From contig NC_087247.1 of the NCBI RefSeq assembly GCF_037042905.1, forward strand, positions 15,500,001 to 15,564,000: 64,000 nt of DNA. Reading direction: 5' to 3'. The stretch is from Lytechinus pictus (lineage: Eukaryota). The translations under genes and the position numbers were made by a program. Under the pieces are notes generated by a model. It was not told where the DNA came from. It saw nothing but the letters and a program-made list of their open reading frames with translations, and did not search any database. How positions within the stretch are numbered: the stretch's first letter is position 1; every line of letters begins with the position of its first letter. Below are positions 1 to 13,208 of the stretch, one piece after another.

Positions 1-153
1 CCATTCACCCATTTGTCTCATCACTAGTTAGGCTACACCCATTTTGTCTAGAATATCCACTTGGTCCAATACCACTAGCATTAAACTAAACTGTTCATGA
101 ACCAAATTTTGATTTTGCTTGAACACCAAGTGGATACAAATTGCTACACTCAC

Positions 154-304
154 CCGGTCAGTCTTTCATATTCTTCAAAAGTCATCCAGCAATCAATCTT
201 CCTTGATATGAAGGCTTTGCCACTTGAAAGGTTCTGCATTTCTGGTTTAGGCCATGTGTCATGTTTCTTTGGGTACACATGCTTAGAGTCGACCAGTACT
301 TCTC
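154..304 (-). CDS. EFCAB12: EFCAB12-like, coding exon 9 (gene continues beyond the left window edge)
   Basis: Acceptor ttactttcag, donor GG|gtgagt; phase 1 in, 2 out; reads GEVLVDSKHVYPKKHDTWPKPEMQNLSSGKAFISRKIDCWMTFEEYERLT. Not in the ORF track; found by manual translation. Confidence 0.8.
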
Positions 305-1367
305 CTGAAAGTAAAGTGAGCAGGAGTTCAAATTTATGTACATAATACTACAGCTGTATCTAGTTTAGTACAGTAAAACTGTACATGAATCGATCCTACG
401 TTTACATTGGTGTAAGAAGTAGGTCCATCGTAGAACAAATTCAGCTTAACGGATCAAAATACTCTGTCAGTAAAATTGAGATTGTGTCAATGCCTCTGAT
501 TGTATCTTCACAATGCAAAGACTTTGCGAGATGATGAACCACTGCATTGATGTTTAGGGAGATACAAAGCTCACTACAAACATTGTTGTCAAGCATGTAT
601 TTCAATGTACGAGGTGATCAATGATTTGAATCATTGGTATGTTTTGCCCACTGACATAGGTACTGGTCATGTTATTTAAACCATTTTGTGGCTTGGAAAA
701 AAAAAATATCTTTACTCCCATGCTCTCCACATGAATTAGGAGGCTGTTTTCATACATGAGGATACCACCACAGCTCTATATCTAAAATACAGCTTTTTCT
801 CAGCTGCACTCAAAATGTTCAAATTCGAGATACAAGTGTGCAACACCCAAGCGATGATATATGCAATGCACATCACTTGTAGTGTGTCCATCACTGTCAT
901 TTGGAGGGACAAACATTGTGCAGTTTAACTCATAAAGTCTGCTGAAGGCAACTCTAGGCACTTTACATGTATATTATACACACAAATCCCAAAGAGCTCA
1001 AATATGTTTGGCATGTTAAAGAAGTTCTGATTCTGAGTCCTACCTGGTTTAGTATGCCCACCACATACCCTCCCTTGGTTGTTATTTCCCCCCAAACCAG
1101 ACCCTAGTGAAAAACAACAATACATGTGATTGAACAACTTTTAATCTTATGCATGACCCTACCAAACAAAATATATATTTTAATAAATTATGTTAAATTA
1201 TTACAATTATCTACCCAAAAGAATGAATACATTTGTTATGGAGGAATACAAATACAAGCCTAGTTTTTCATTATTTCCCTAAATCATCAACATTCCATTA
1301 TTATATATGATCAATCAAAGAACTCAACCCAATAATCAATTCCTAAGCTTGTTGTTACTGGGCCCAG

Positions 1368-1551
1368 GTGGGTGTTTCATAAAGTTATTCGTAAGTTAAG
1401 AGCGACTTTAAAAACGACTGGTGATCCTTTCTTGTGGTAAATTGTATACACCAAAACTCTCATTGGCGATGGTTTATTAGCGCGTAAGAAAGGTTTACCA
1501 GTCATTCTTAAAGTCGCTCTTAACTTACGAACAGCTTTATGAAACGGCCCC
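1368..1551. mobile_element. Palindromic MITE, PIF/Harbinger-like
   Basis: Long imperfect TIRs gtttcataaagt..cgtaagttaagagcgactt / aagtcgctcttaacttacg..ctttatgaaac; CAG on both sides. Confidence 0.75.
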
Positions 1552-1682
1552 CAGATATCTGTTACATCTGAGTGAAACCACATACGAGCCCTTGTTTGCA
1601 CCTTCCGATTGCAAGATTCAAGTTAGATTTTATTTCCTTGAGTTGCGTTCAAATGGAAGACTGATTGATGCAGTTTCACCAG

Positions 1683-1832
1683 GGCCCCATATCATAAAAA
1701 GTTGCTCTGCTGGAATATCAGCTTTCAATGATTGAGAAAGAGCCAATCAAAAGTGGAATTTTTACTGTTGTCATGGTAGTTGACATTCCAGCAAGTCATG
1801 CTACCCGAGCAACTTTTTATGAAATGTGGCCC
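1683..1832. mobile_element. Short MITE, Harbinger-like
   Basis: TIRs ggccccatatcataaaaagttgctc / gagcaactttttatgaaatgtggcc; CAG flanks. Confidence 0.7.
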
Positions 1833-1896
1833 CAGAATGTCACAAGAATATGGGACCATACAGATCACATGTGAACAAGAGATGTGTAAGACTGAC

Positions 1897-2055
1897 CTGA
1901 TTTGGTGACAACAACTTTCTCCATATCGTGGAATTCATCGGGAGACTCTGGAGGCTTCGGCGGCTCAGCGAACCTGTTGGACATGGTGTGGGTGCCGGGT
2001 TGGCGGATACGCTTCTTCAACTGGTTGACGCGCTTATCACCTGGATGCAAGAGTG
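1897..2055 (-). CDS. EFCAB12: EFCAB12-like, coding exon 8
   Basis: Acceptor cactgtcag, donor G|gtcagt, phase 1/1; ALLHPGDKRVNQLKKRIRQPG... Confidence 0.85.
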
Positions 2056-2657
2056 CTGACAGTGAAATAAGTAGAGATTAGTGGATGGATGAGCGACGGA
2101 TTGAAAGAAAACAAAATACAATTTCCATCTGCATGAGCCAAGAATTGGAATCACTCCTCTGTGTTGATTTGGGTGTGTGCTTAAGTAAGAGTAAGAGCTT
2201 GATGTCAGATAGGTATCAAAGCGGTAATAACGACTATGGTTATTCAATAGGTGATGTTTTTGTTGTTCAAGTTGAAATGGCATTTCCATCAAATTATTTT
2301 TTTTGGCCAGGTCTCTTTTCTAGTTTCTAGTCAAATCATTTTTCGTAAAAGATGTGTTCATGTAAATTTCATATGGAGAGTAATGATCAACCATAATTCT
2401 TTGAGTTGTAAGACAGGGCCTTGATTTTTCAGGTAAGTTCTTGAGAAGGCTCAGTCAGTGGAGTGGTGGATTCCCAATACAGTGGATTGGATTTGATTCC
2501 CACTTGGTATGCTAGTGCCCTTTGGCAAGGCATTCATCCTCATTACCAGGTCCCTCGGAAAGGAATGTAAGCCTTTAAACCTCTGGTTACTCATTACAAG
2601 CATTCATGCTTTTTTTAATAGCAATCAGGAAAATCCCTTCCATCATCAATTCCTTAC

Positions 2658-2868
2658 CTCTTTGAAGTAGTTTTGGTGTAAGGGGAATCCCCCTCTCTTC
2701 ACACAGCCTGAGAATAGCATGGTACTCGGCTAGTCTAGCCGCTCTGTAGTCGTGGATCTCTACACCTAGATCCCCTCCTAAGGTTGATACCTGGGAATGG
2801 AGATCTACGGCCTTGTTTCCTGTCTTCAATGGACTCTGGATCACACGTGGGAGCCTCTTCTTCTTCAA
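2658..2868 (-). CDS. EFCAB12: EFCAB12-like, coding exon 7
   Basis: Acceptor ctggttgcag, donor G|gtaagg, phase 0/1; LKKKRLP...STLGGDLGVEIHDYRAARLAEYHAILRLCEERGIPLTPKLLQR. Confidence 0.85.
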
Positions 2869-3360
2869 CTGCAACCAGAAGGAACATTACAAAAACGGTC
2901 ATGATTTATTCTGAAGCAATGTAATATCTCAAACAATTCTACTATTAAAGCACATAAAAATCATGTATTCATGCTTTCACACTATAAAGAATTGTTACTA
3001 TATACAAAGTCATCTATCGACTGAATTCATTATATTGCATCTACGCACTACCGAAGCATCTATGGTTGTCTACCTTTGTAATAACGAAGATGAAAAGTGT
3101 TTAAGTGTTTCAGGGCATAATAAACACAGCATTTCTTATGCACCATCTATTTAGTAAACTATTTCAAGGCGCATAAAACCGAAATAAAATGACAGTATTC
3201 ATCCATTCCTTACTTTTTATGGAAACTTTCTCTGTCATCATGTTTGTTTTCGTTTTAAAGCACCTTCTTTTTCACCGATACTAATTTGGGTTTTCCCCTT
3301 ATACCCTGGTCTCGTAACTCATTTCCTGTCAAACCATTCCCCTTTTACTTAAATACTTAC

Positions 3361-3632
3361 ATTATCTGACATGAATTTCTCTCTCTTTCTCTTCTCAATC
3401 ATGTCGTCTGGATTGAGCGCTCTCCGTTCAGTAATGTCATGTTTGGGTATCTCCAGGAGTGATGCCATCGAGTCGGGTGTATTAACTTCCCTCTTGTCTT
3501 CCTCTCTATCGGTGGGCATTACAGGTGACGATACAGACTCCTTTACTGGAGCAAGACCACTGATCGGGACAATCTTTGTCCGACATTCAGGGTTTGACTT
3601 GCTCCTGGTCTCGCTTTTTCTCTCCTCTTCAG
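3361..3632 (-). CDS. EFCAB12: EFCAB12-like, coding exon 6 (charged linker)
   Basis: Acceptor aattttcag, donor AAT|gtaagt, 272 nt, phase 1/0, open frame AEEERKSETRSKS...REKFMSDN. Confidence 0.85.
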
Positions 3633-4084
3633 CTGAAAATTAGAATATACAATGTTCGAATGAAAACTTAAAGAAATTCTTTATACACAATCAAAATGCT
3701 ATGAATATCATAGAAAGCATCTATTAAGTAATTCTTCTATGACCGATCCTTTAGACTGATGCCATAGCTAGGCTACGTTAAGCCGCTTCCTCGTACAAAC
3801 CCTACCCAAATGATACAAATATTGCACAAAGCTTTTACCAAATAATTCTACAAGGAACCTCAAGACAATTAATTGATAGCTAGGCCGTGTGTTTTTTGTC
3901 TTCATACAAGTGTACCCATTCCATTATCCATTCCCACAATCCTACCTGAAAAAAACAAAGAATGAATCATAATAATAATGAAATGCAACATTTATATAAT
4001 GATTAAAACAATGTTCAAAGGACTGCACTCTATTACTCCAGTACCCTGGGCTCTAGCATTCAAGAAATTCCTTCCTACTGGTTC

Positions 4085-4292
4085 CATGATATTTGCTCCG
4101 GCGACAATTGCTCATCAGCTATACATTCCACACACTAATCGAATGACTACCTTCAACCCTGGATTCCATACTATACCCTACCCTAAACCTTACCCTAAAC
4201 CCAACATGAAACTCTCATAGCCCTTAATATAACACTTCATCTTAAACAGAATAAAGCCTGAAGCAATTGACGCAGGAGCAAATGTTGAATCA
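4085..4292. repeat. Interspersed repeat with subterminal inverted repeats and a CCCTA(A)-like tract (Helentron/HINE-like)
   Basis: tttgctccggcgacaattgct ... agcaattgacgcaggagcaaa; internal taccctaccctaaaccttaccctaaa. Confidence 0.5.
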
Positions 4293-4492
4293 CCCTTCTT
4301 ACCAGGTACCCATTTACCAACCTTGGAGGAGAGTGGCAGATGTAGAAAAATGCCTTGCCAAAGGATGCAAGTGGAGGGGGGGAATATTGTGAACCCTGGG
4401 ATTTTGAAAGCATAAGACAGGAATTTTTTTTCAAAAAGATGTGAATTATTTTCCATCAAAATTTTTACGCAGAATATTATAAGCTAGATTAC

Positions 4493-4634
4493 CGATAATT
4501 TTCCGTTTCCTTTCTTCCAACTGGTATCTTTCCATGCCCCGCACAAACTCGCGATAGTCGATTTCGGCATTGAAGTCTGAGTCTAAGCTGTCTATCACCT
4601 CATTTAATAGAGTTTCTGAGATTGGGATCTTTGC
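4493..4634 (-). CDS. EFCAB12: EFCAB12-like, coding exon 5 (second EF-hand)
   Basis: Acceptor gcaatgcag, donor G|gtaatc, phase 0/1; EF loop DSDFNAEIDYRE. Confidence 0.88.
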
Positions 4635-5330
4635 CTGCATTGCCAATATGAGGAAATCGTGAAGATAATAAAAACAACATGAATAGATAATTTGTTTTGT
4701 AGGAATAAATTATTCTGAGCTGGTTATATGATCAAAGGCTAAGGATTTCAATTAATACCACAATATGAAACAAAATAGTACACATTTTCAAAACAAAGTG
4801 AACAAACTTGTATTCATTACTTGAAGAAAATACAATTACAAAGAAATAATGAAGCAAGCAATGAAGCAATCATGACTACTACTCTACTAGCATAACAGTG
4901 ATAGGCATGACATTCAGTAATTTCGCTTTTTACCATGGATCTGTAACATATTTTTGCACAAAGTATACAATAGAAGCAGAAAATTTGCCACTATAAAGCA
5001 GTTTATGAAACATTACAACCAAGCAAATACACAAATTGATTCATGAAAAATGTCTCTGGTGGGATAATATAGGGACAGGGACATGATAAAGGTTTTTCTT
5101 TGCTAGCAAATAGTTGCTTGCTGACTGGCTGAGGACTGTTACTATGGTAATCGTTACTGAATTACAACTTGTGCGTGACGAAAACCTGCGATAGCGAAAT
5201 GCAGTATGCCTAGCAATCGCTGGAATGCCCTCCAGGGAGTTGAGAAAGTGCATACATTGCTTATGCGCAAACAAAAATGCAATGACTTGGGTAATGTATC
5301 AGACTTAAAGTGCTTAGAGACATCGTTCAG

Positions 5331-5599
5331 GGCCCCGTCTTACAAAGAGTTACGATTGATCTGATCAATTGTAACTCTATGGAAATCCATCAGTGTCATA
5401 ATTTTTTATACAAAAAATTTGCACAATGTCCTTTGTATGCAAAGAGAAGCGCAGTGAATTTCAAGAAAACAATGAATGAAGGAATATACATCATAGCTAG
5501 AAAATATTTTGAACAAACATGCATTTCATATGTTGACTTTGCTGGCTTTCCATAGTTGCGAATGATCAGATCAATCGTAACTCTTTGTAAGACAGGGCC
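5331..5599. mobile_element. MITE family A, copy 1
   Basis: TIR GGCCCCGTCTTACAAAGAGTTACGATTGATC; homologous to 9781-11862, 38346-38615 and 43624-43894. Confidence 0.9.
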
Positions 5600-5985
5600 C
5601 TGATGTATCAAAGGATCAAGCACTGTATAAAAGCGGAAATAATATACCTCTTACTCATTGTTATTGATTCAGGAAAAGTTACATCATTTGCTCTGACAAA
5701 GTATTTGAGCTTTTAAATGAAAATTGTGGTATATAATTTGATTGCTTTTTATAAACCTCACAAAAACAAAAAGGCAATAAGACCTGTTTTTGCATCATTC
5801 AATTATTTTTTTTGTGAATCTGGAATATCATGATGCAATTAACTGAGTGAGTGTTTCTCACAAATATCTTCAATATTGAGAGGGTTAAGTGCTAGATATT
5901 GTCTATCCCTTGAATTAAAACTACTTGCTGTAAAAGTTAAAAGCACAAAGCATAAATGAGGGTTAGTATGTGCCAAATAGCCCAC

Positions 5986-6192
5986 CTCCTTGATACAGTT
6001 CCTGAGCTCATCTCTAGTGATAGCCCAACTCTTGTCCTTATCAGCCTGGGAGAAAAGATCTATAAGACGTTGTTTCTTGCTGGCCAGGTAGCTAGCGATG
6101 ATTCCCATACCTTCTGGTTGAGGTTTGGGCTCCTTCTCAGAAAAGTCTTCCGTCTTGATGATCACTTCCTTGACAACATCATCTACTTTCAA
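5986..6192 (-). CDS. EFCAB12: EFCAB12-like, coding exon 4 (first EF-hand)
   Basis: Acceptor tttgcatccag, donor GAG|gtgggc, 207 nt, phase 0/0; RLIDLFSQA-DKDKSWAITRDE-LRNCI. Confidence 0.88.
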
Positions 6193-6838
6193 CTGGATGC
6201 AAAGCAATGCAAAGTCAGCACTAGTATGCAACTCATAAACTAAAATTAAATGAGTAAAGCCTTGTCATCTACTGAGCCCATCAATCGCAAGAAGAAACTT
6301 GTACAGATAAGAATGTAAAGCATCTATGAAGGTCCACAATGTATCATTTAAAAAAACTTTCAAAGTTTTGCTTCCTTTTGCAGGTGAAGAGCAGTATTAA
6401 CAAGGATCAGATGAAAAAAATACAAGAAAATGGGGCAGAGCAAGAAAATTATGTTTGTTGGCTAAGAAGAGAATTAAACATTCATGATAACACATTATTA
6501 AAAGAAGCAGTATTCTATCCTTAAAATGTTAACTATTTTTAGACAAAGGTGCATACAAAATGAGAATATTAAAAGAGTATTTGTGGTTTTAGGAAAAGTA
6601 TTATTGATATTTATCATTCTGGTGAAATATCCATCGATTTCTACAGCGTCCAATGATCCCTTTTCTCAATGCCTGATCCCCTCAAATTCATTGTCAATCT
6701 TTTAAATGAGGCATCTTACTCAGAATACTTTAAAAAAAAATTACATTATGGGGTCTATATAAAGAGATTTAATTAATTAATGAGGATATAAAAATACTTT
6801 TAATTCAAGTCAAGATGGTTTGAACATTTAGCATTTAA

Positions 6839-7232
6839 AGAGAAATTCCAGTATTTGCAGTAAACACTGATTTCATGAGAAAGTCTGTAAAACAAGGCTT
6901 AATTGTCAGTATATCATCGAGGATCTAGATCTGGTACAGTTACATAAACTGAACTTTGTGAAATCTTGAAATCTACGCTGAAAAATGTTCACACTGAAGA
7001 TCACCAACACAGATAGGCACACGTGGGACAGTGTATTATTATTGCTAAAATAAAGACCCGACGGAAGTGACCGAATCCGCGCTTATTTTGCTTATTTCTC
7101 AGCAATCACACAATTTCTTCCAGAATCCTTTGGCACATATTTTTTATTCATACAAACAGACACTTAGGTGGTCATTATATTAGATTCTGTAAAAAGTCAT
7201 TTTTAGATCGTTACCAAAACTGGAATTTATCT
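6839..7232. mobile_element. TTAA-flanked non-autonomous DNA transposon (Kolobok-like), family B
   Basis: TTAA|AGAGAAATTCCAGT...ACTGGAATTTATCT|TTAA; near-identical inverted copy at 33769-34163. Confidence 0.88.
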
Positions 7233-8351
7233 TTAAGCATGCAATGATCTACGTATTTAAAATTCTAGTTGATATGGTATCACAAAACATGGAACATTTA
7301 TCAACTCTAATTAATATAGAATGATATTTTCATTTAAACTCTGAGCTCTATCTACATGTACCCATGCAAACAAACTTTGAAGAAAGCAAAAACAATCCTT
7401 ATCCAATTATTAAAGGAAGTAAGCAGCTATTCCTACTAAAAAATGGCTCCTTCACTAATTCACATCAATACAAAGGCAATATTGCAGAAAATCAAGAAAA
7501 AAAAAACATCCAGAGGAAAACTCATGCTGAAGAGAAGTTAATTCATGCTGTTTTAATTATTACTGGTATATACCTGAGGAAGAGGCAGTTTCTCCAGGAT
7601 AAATTGGAGCTAAGAAAAATATCAAAATCAATTCATATCATTACGAGAAACATCATCAAAATTAAACAATATCTTTTTTTTTCCAATGACAAGCAAAGCA
7701 GTAAAGCAATATTATAAATGCTGTGCAACAAAACATTTTGTTAGTTTCCTTTTAGTAGCTCAGCTTTGAGTCATTACAAGCATTTATTGTTAGTCTTACA
7801 TAGATTGTTTATCACCCAAAATAGCACATAATCATTTGAAGAAAATCAGAAAAATAAGAAAAGCTGGTAGCATAAAATCGCTCACAAAATCAACAGATGA
7901 TTTGGTAATTAAACAAATAACTTTGCTTTCATCATAATACTTATGATGCACACAGACTAAGTCCAGATAACAAATAAAAATATCGGTATCAATTGCTGTG
8001 ATATAATTGGTTAATAGTGAATATCTTGAACCATATGAATGCAAAAATGATTATGATTAGCTCCTGCCATTTTGCAATCAATTGCATATACCTCTGTGAT
8101 ATTTGGACTATGAGTCATATTGAACAAATGATTTATGAACTTCACAGAGTTAACGAATTTCAGCACAAACTTTCCGAGATTTTTTTTTTTCAAACAAACA
8201 GAACTTTTTATTTCACGTCTTGTAAGAAACTGAACACTTTGGATTGTATTTCTTTGCATGTGTGTGAGGCTCTGTGTGTGTGAAGTGCATGATTTTGTGA
8301 AGTGAATGAAAAAAGAAAAATCAATAGATGATAACGATTCTGAACATGTAC

Positions 8352-8531
8352 CTTCAGAGCTTCTGCAACTCTCCTTGCTTCCTCCAACTGTAAAAGGACT
8401 CTTCTCTCCAAAGGTGTAGGGTCAGGTTTAGCTCTAAGCCAGGATTCCTTCAAACCCATGGACTCTAGACCAGCCCGCAGTGCCATTCGATCATGAAGCC
8501 AGCTCTTATACTCTGCCATTCTTTCTTGCAC
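8352..8531 (-). CDS. EFCAB12: EFCAB12-like, coding exon 3
   Basis: Acceptor ccccttaaag, donor AAG|gtacat, 180 nt, phase 0/0; YKSWLHDRMALRAGLESMGLKESWLRAKPDPTPLERRVL. Confidence 0.85.
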
Positions 8532-9058
8532 CTTTAAGGGGATTCAAAACACAATGTATTAATTAATAATTTAGAGATATTAAGTAGAATCTCTAGCTGA
8601 AAGAGGTTCTTTTCAGTAATATACATTTATATCAGAATGAAACAATCCCTTTCTCAGTTCCTAGCTCTAACTAGTCTGCAGGCACAGACCCTGATTGGAA
8701 CTTTGATCAACAAGTGTGCCTCCACGCAAAGACTAGCGCATACAAAACTTGCTGTTCCAAAACAGCAAGAGAGCCTTCAGTACACAAGGCATGAGTAGGC
8801 TGCACATTCAGACCCTTAACTCGAGTGAAGCGTTTGCCCAGCAGACTGAAGCTCTAACTCATATCAAATGTATCGAAACAAAAAGAAGAAAGAAAGAAAA
8901 AAATCCCAAGGGTAAAGAAAGAAGACTTCAGAAGTTTTTATCTTGTCTTATCTGATGTCTGGTAAGTCTGAAGTTCTGAAGGCCGAGAGAAAGGTATCTT
9001 GTGAACAATGAAGCATCAAATATACTGTACATGTACATGTAGGGTTATCATAGTCCTG

Positions 9059-9438
9059 GGCCGGAATTCAAGTATTTTACTCAGTATTCTGCTAATGTAA
9101 AATACTTATCCATCTTTGGTATTATATTGTCTTTTGTATTTAAGTATTTTGCTTAAATCTAAGTCAGCCACACACCTGACTTAAGTCTGGCTAGTGTTCA
9201 GTTTACAAACATACATGCGCAACGTACATCCTTCGCATAGGTGGATATGTTGCACATGTATATTATTTGGCTTAGATTGTATGATGTCACAATTATGGTT
9301 ATTATTAAATACTTTGTTTACATTTGGCTCGATAAAGTAAAATACTTAGCATAAGTTATTTGAAATCAAGTATAAGCATTTTGCTTATCCGAGTAAAATT
9401 GTACATGAAATACTCAAATATCCAATTGAATACTGGCC
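9059..9438. mobile_element. MITE, Harbinger-like
   Basis: TIR ggccggaattcaa / ttgaatactggcc; internal aagtattttact / agtaaaatactt repeats. Confidence 0.6.
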
Positions 9439-9780
9439 CTTGTGTTTTGAGAGTGTTTGACTCTTCCTGTGTAATATGATACCAATGATCGGATAGCTGA
9501 ACACCCAATGATGTCGAGCATCGGAGCTGGAGGGCACCACCATTTTTTCAATTTTTATGTTCGGTTGGTGATATCAATGCCAACCTCAACACTAGCCGTA
9601 AATATGAAATCACCTATAAAATTATGATTTGTGTCTTGGGTTGTGTTTCCTAAACCTATTTGTAAGTTACACATGTCTGATGACCTGTTCTTGTGATTGT
9701 GAGATATTCAAACTTATCCTGCATGGTGTTCTTAATTTCCTAATTATTTCAATTCAAACAAATTTTGACATATTAAACTG

Positions 9781-11862
9781 GGGCCCGTCTTACAAAGACT
9801 TGCGTTTGATCCGATCAATCGCAACTATGGAAAGCCAGCAAAGTAAACATATAAAATGCATGTTTGCTCAACAAATTTCTAGATACCCAGGACCAAAATC
9901 CAATTGAAACCAGTTGGATTTCCAACTGGTTTCAATTGGTTTCAATTGGTTTCAACTGGTTTCAATTGGTTTTAACTGGAATTTAACAATTTCCAGTTGA
10001 AACCAATTGAAACCAGTTGGGCAACTGGAAATCCTAACTGGAACCAGTTGGGTAACTGGAAATGACTTCCAATTGGGAATGATTTCTAACTGGAACCAGT
10101 TGAGTAACTGGAAATCCTAACTGGAACCAGTTGGGCAACTGGAAATCCTAACTGGAACCAGTTGGGTAACTGGAAATGACTTCCAATTGGAAATGATTTC
10201 TTACTGGAACCAGTTGAGTAACTGGAAATCCCAACTGGAACCAGTTGGGCAACTGGAAATCCTATAACTGGAACCAGTTGGGTAACTGGAAATGACTTCC
10301 AATTGGAAATGATTTCTAACTGGAACCAGTTGGGCAACTGGAAATCCTAACTGGAACCAGTTGGGTAACTGGAAATGACTTCCAACTGGAAATGATTTCT
10401 AACTGGAACCAGTTGAGTAACTGGAAATCCCAACTGGAACCAGTTGGGCAACTGGAAATCCTAACTGGAACCAGTTGGGTAACTGGAAATGACTTCCAAT
10501 TGGAAATGATTTCTTACTGGAACCAGTTGAGTAACTGGAAATCCCAACTGGAACCAGTTGGGCAACTGGAAATCCTAACTGGAACCAGTTGGGTGACTGG
10601 AAATGACTTCCAATTGGAAATGATTTCTAACTGGAACCAGTTGGGCAACTGGAAATCCTAACTGGAACCAGTTGGGTAACTGGAAATGACTTCCAACTGG
10701 AAATGATTTCTAACTGGAACCAGTTGGGTAACTGGAAATCCTAACTTGAACCATTCAGTTGTGTAACTGGAAATCCTAACTGGTACCAATTGGGTAACTG
10801 AGATGGAAAGATGGGTAACTGGAAATGAATTCTAATTGGAACCAGTTGGGTAACTGGAAATTATTTCCAATTGGTTTCCAATTGGAAATTTTCCAGTTAC
10901 CCAACTGGATCCAATTGAAACCAGTTAATTTGCATATTATTTGCCAGTGTGCACAGATTAATGTTTTATGAGATTAATCATCATTAACAATGTATCTATT
11001 TAATTCTTTACAATTTCAAGTACCACACTTTTTAAAGATTAGTATTTAGAATACTTAGCAGTGAAAACCATGTTCATAAATGTTATAGATTATAATTAAA
11101 ACAGATTAAAGGATAATTAGTACACCACTAACTGTTACCAAATTACATCAAATAAAAGTACATATATTTGAAGATCTTCCATATAAATATATATACATGA
11201 AAGTCTGTATTTTATCAATGCCCTTTACATTGGTATTAATAGACATATAACACTGCTTCTGTGTTGGCATGAGAAATAGTTACTGCAAATGCTAATTAAT
11301 TTGTAACTAATTAAGTTCGTTCCAACTGGAAGTTCCAATTGGATCCAGTTGGAAACCAATTGGTTTCAACTGGTTCCAGTTGAAACCAGTTGCCTCCAAT
11401 TGGTTTCAACTGGAACCAATTGAAACCAGTTGCCTCCAATTGGATTCAATTGGTTTTAATAGGGAAATTGGAACAACTGGAACCAATTGACAACAATTGC
11501 CAACTGGTTCCAGTTGCCCAATTGGTTTTAACTGGAACCAATTGGCAACTGGTTTTCAATTGGTTTTTAACTGGAACCAATTGGCAACTGGTTTTCAATT
11601 GGAACCAGTTGTTCCAATTTCCCTATTGAAACCAGTTGGCCAACTGGTTTCAATTGGTTTTGCCCTAATTGGTTTTAACTGGATTTTGGTCCTGGGTATG
11701 AATGTATATCCATAAATTCCTTGATTTATTGACAAATTGGTGTGTTCTCCTTTGTTTACAAAGGACATTTTGCACATTTCCTGGAGAAGAAATTATGACA
11801 CTGATGGATTTCCATAGAGTTACGATTGATTGGTCAATCGTAACTCTTTGTACGATGGGGCC
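9781..11862. mobile_element. MITE family A, copy 2, split by a nested 1.8-kb insertion
   Basis: Left part 9781-9885 and right part 11697-11862 rejoin to match the intact copy at 38346-38615. Confidence 0.88.
9886..11696. mobile_element. Non-autonomous TIR element (CCCAGG...CCTGGG, TA duplication; animal EnSpm/CACTA-like) with subterminal palindromic arrays
   Basis: TA|CCCAGGACCAAAATCCA...TGGATTTTGGTCCTGGG|TA; arrays of AACTGGAACCAGTT in both arms. Confidence 0.85.
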
Positions 11863-11979
11863 CAGTTTTACATCTTAACGAAACACCATCCAGAATGTTT
11901 TCTGTCATGGATTGGGAAAAAAAACTACTGCAGAATCAACTATTTACTGTTTTTCATGACATAAAAGTTGATATATAAC

Positions 11980-12228
11980 CTCATTATCATGAATGATTTG
12001 TTTGTCCCTCTCTGTCAAGACGATATCATCCTTGTTGATAGGCTTTAACCTTGGTCTTCCATCCTGCACCATCTCGGCTTTGGCTCTTCTTGTGTTCACA
12101 CTCTTTCCACCCTGACCACCATCCATCTTCGGAGCAATGTGAACACGTTTCCTAACTCTTGGATTACCAAAGACCCTGGCAGCTGTGATATATGTCTTGG
12201 TACGGCTAAGATCTCTGTGCTTGTACAA
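11980..12228 (-). CDS. EFCAB12: EFCAB12-like, coding exon 2
   Basis: Acceptor gtattcaag, donor GAG|gttata, 249 nt, phase 0/0; LYKHRDLSRTKTYITAARVFGNPRVRKRVHIAPKM. Confidence 0.83.
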
Positions 12229-13208
12229 CTTGAATACATCATAAAAAAGAAGCAGAAAAAAGACATTCTTGGCATAGTAGAAGATAGTGTATTAATTCTT
12301 CATCAAGACATATATGTATAATTCTTTTATGATTCATGTTATTGGATAACTCCTAATAATAAATTACTTTGAAGAAAAAGAAATATATATCTTTCTTGTT
12401 TTTATGAATAACAGTATGAACTTTGCCATCAGATTTCACTAAATGTGGAAGACTAATAGGTTGTAAAAACAGAACAAATTCACCAGAATAAGTTATGTTT
12501 TTAAAGATTGAAGTGGAAATGATTATCATTCAAACTTTATCTAAAAGGCAAATGAAATTGATTCCTCCTCCAGGTCAGAAGTACAAGAATAAAGTTTTTG
12601 GTAACTACTAGTTTACTTGTCATGGAATATAAATAACTATTACTTTCCTAAGTCATGGAGACATCAACTCAAAAGAACTGGTTTAATATTTAAGGAGTAT
12701 TATTAGGAATTAAAGAGTTACTAGTTGATTGAATAATACTTAAACAGGGAATAATTATCCTGGTATTGCATCGCAATTTGCTCCACAGTTTTGAAAGACT
12801 TCTATGCATTTTTGCATAGCATATTTTTACATAGGACTGTACATTACTTAGTTGAGAGCTTTTTTCTCTTATGACCAAAAATGCTATTCCAATTTGAAAA
12901 GCAAAATTATTCCCTGTTAAATGATGAAGTTGGATCACACTTGACACTGACAGTTAAAAAAAAATAATTTCCCTTTTGATTCACTTGATATACATAATGG
13001 GGGAGGCTAAGAAAATGTTGGCAAGAAATTATGTTATTGTCACTGAAAAAAGGCAAGTCCCCCCCCCCCAAAAAAAAAAAAGGCTAGGCCTAACAAATAC
13101 AAATATCTGACAAGCAAAAAAAAGGGGGTATCAATCATCCATATCCCCCCCTGAATCATCCAATTTTTTTTCACTTGATGCACAAATCAAGAATTCCGTT
13201 AGACATAC

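Noticed and set aside
9900-11696. CRISPR-like array or repetitive protein (ORFs 10086-10337, 10392-10661, 11390-11715)
   Set aside because: No unique spacers and no cas genes; eukaryotic intron; the ORFs are translations of a tandem repeat inside a TIR element.
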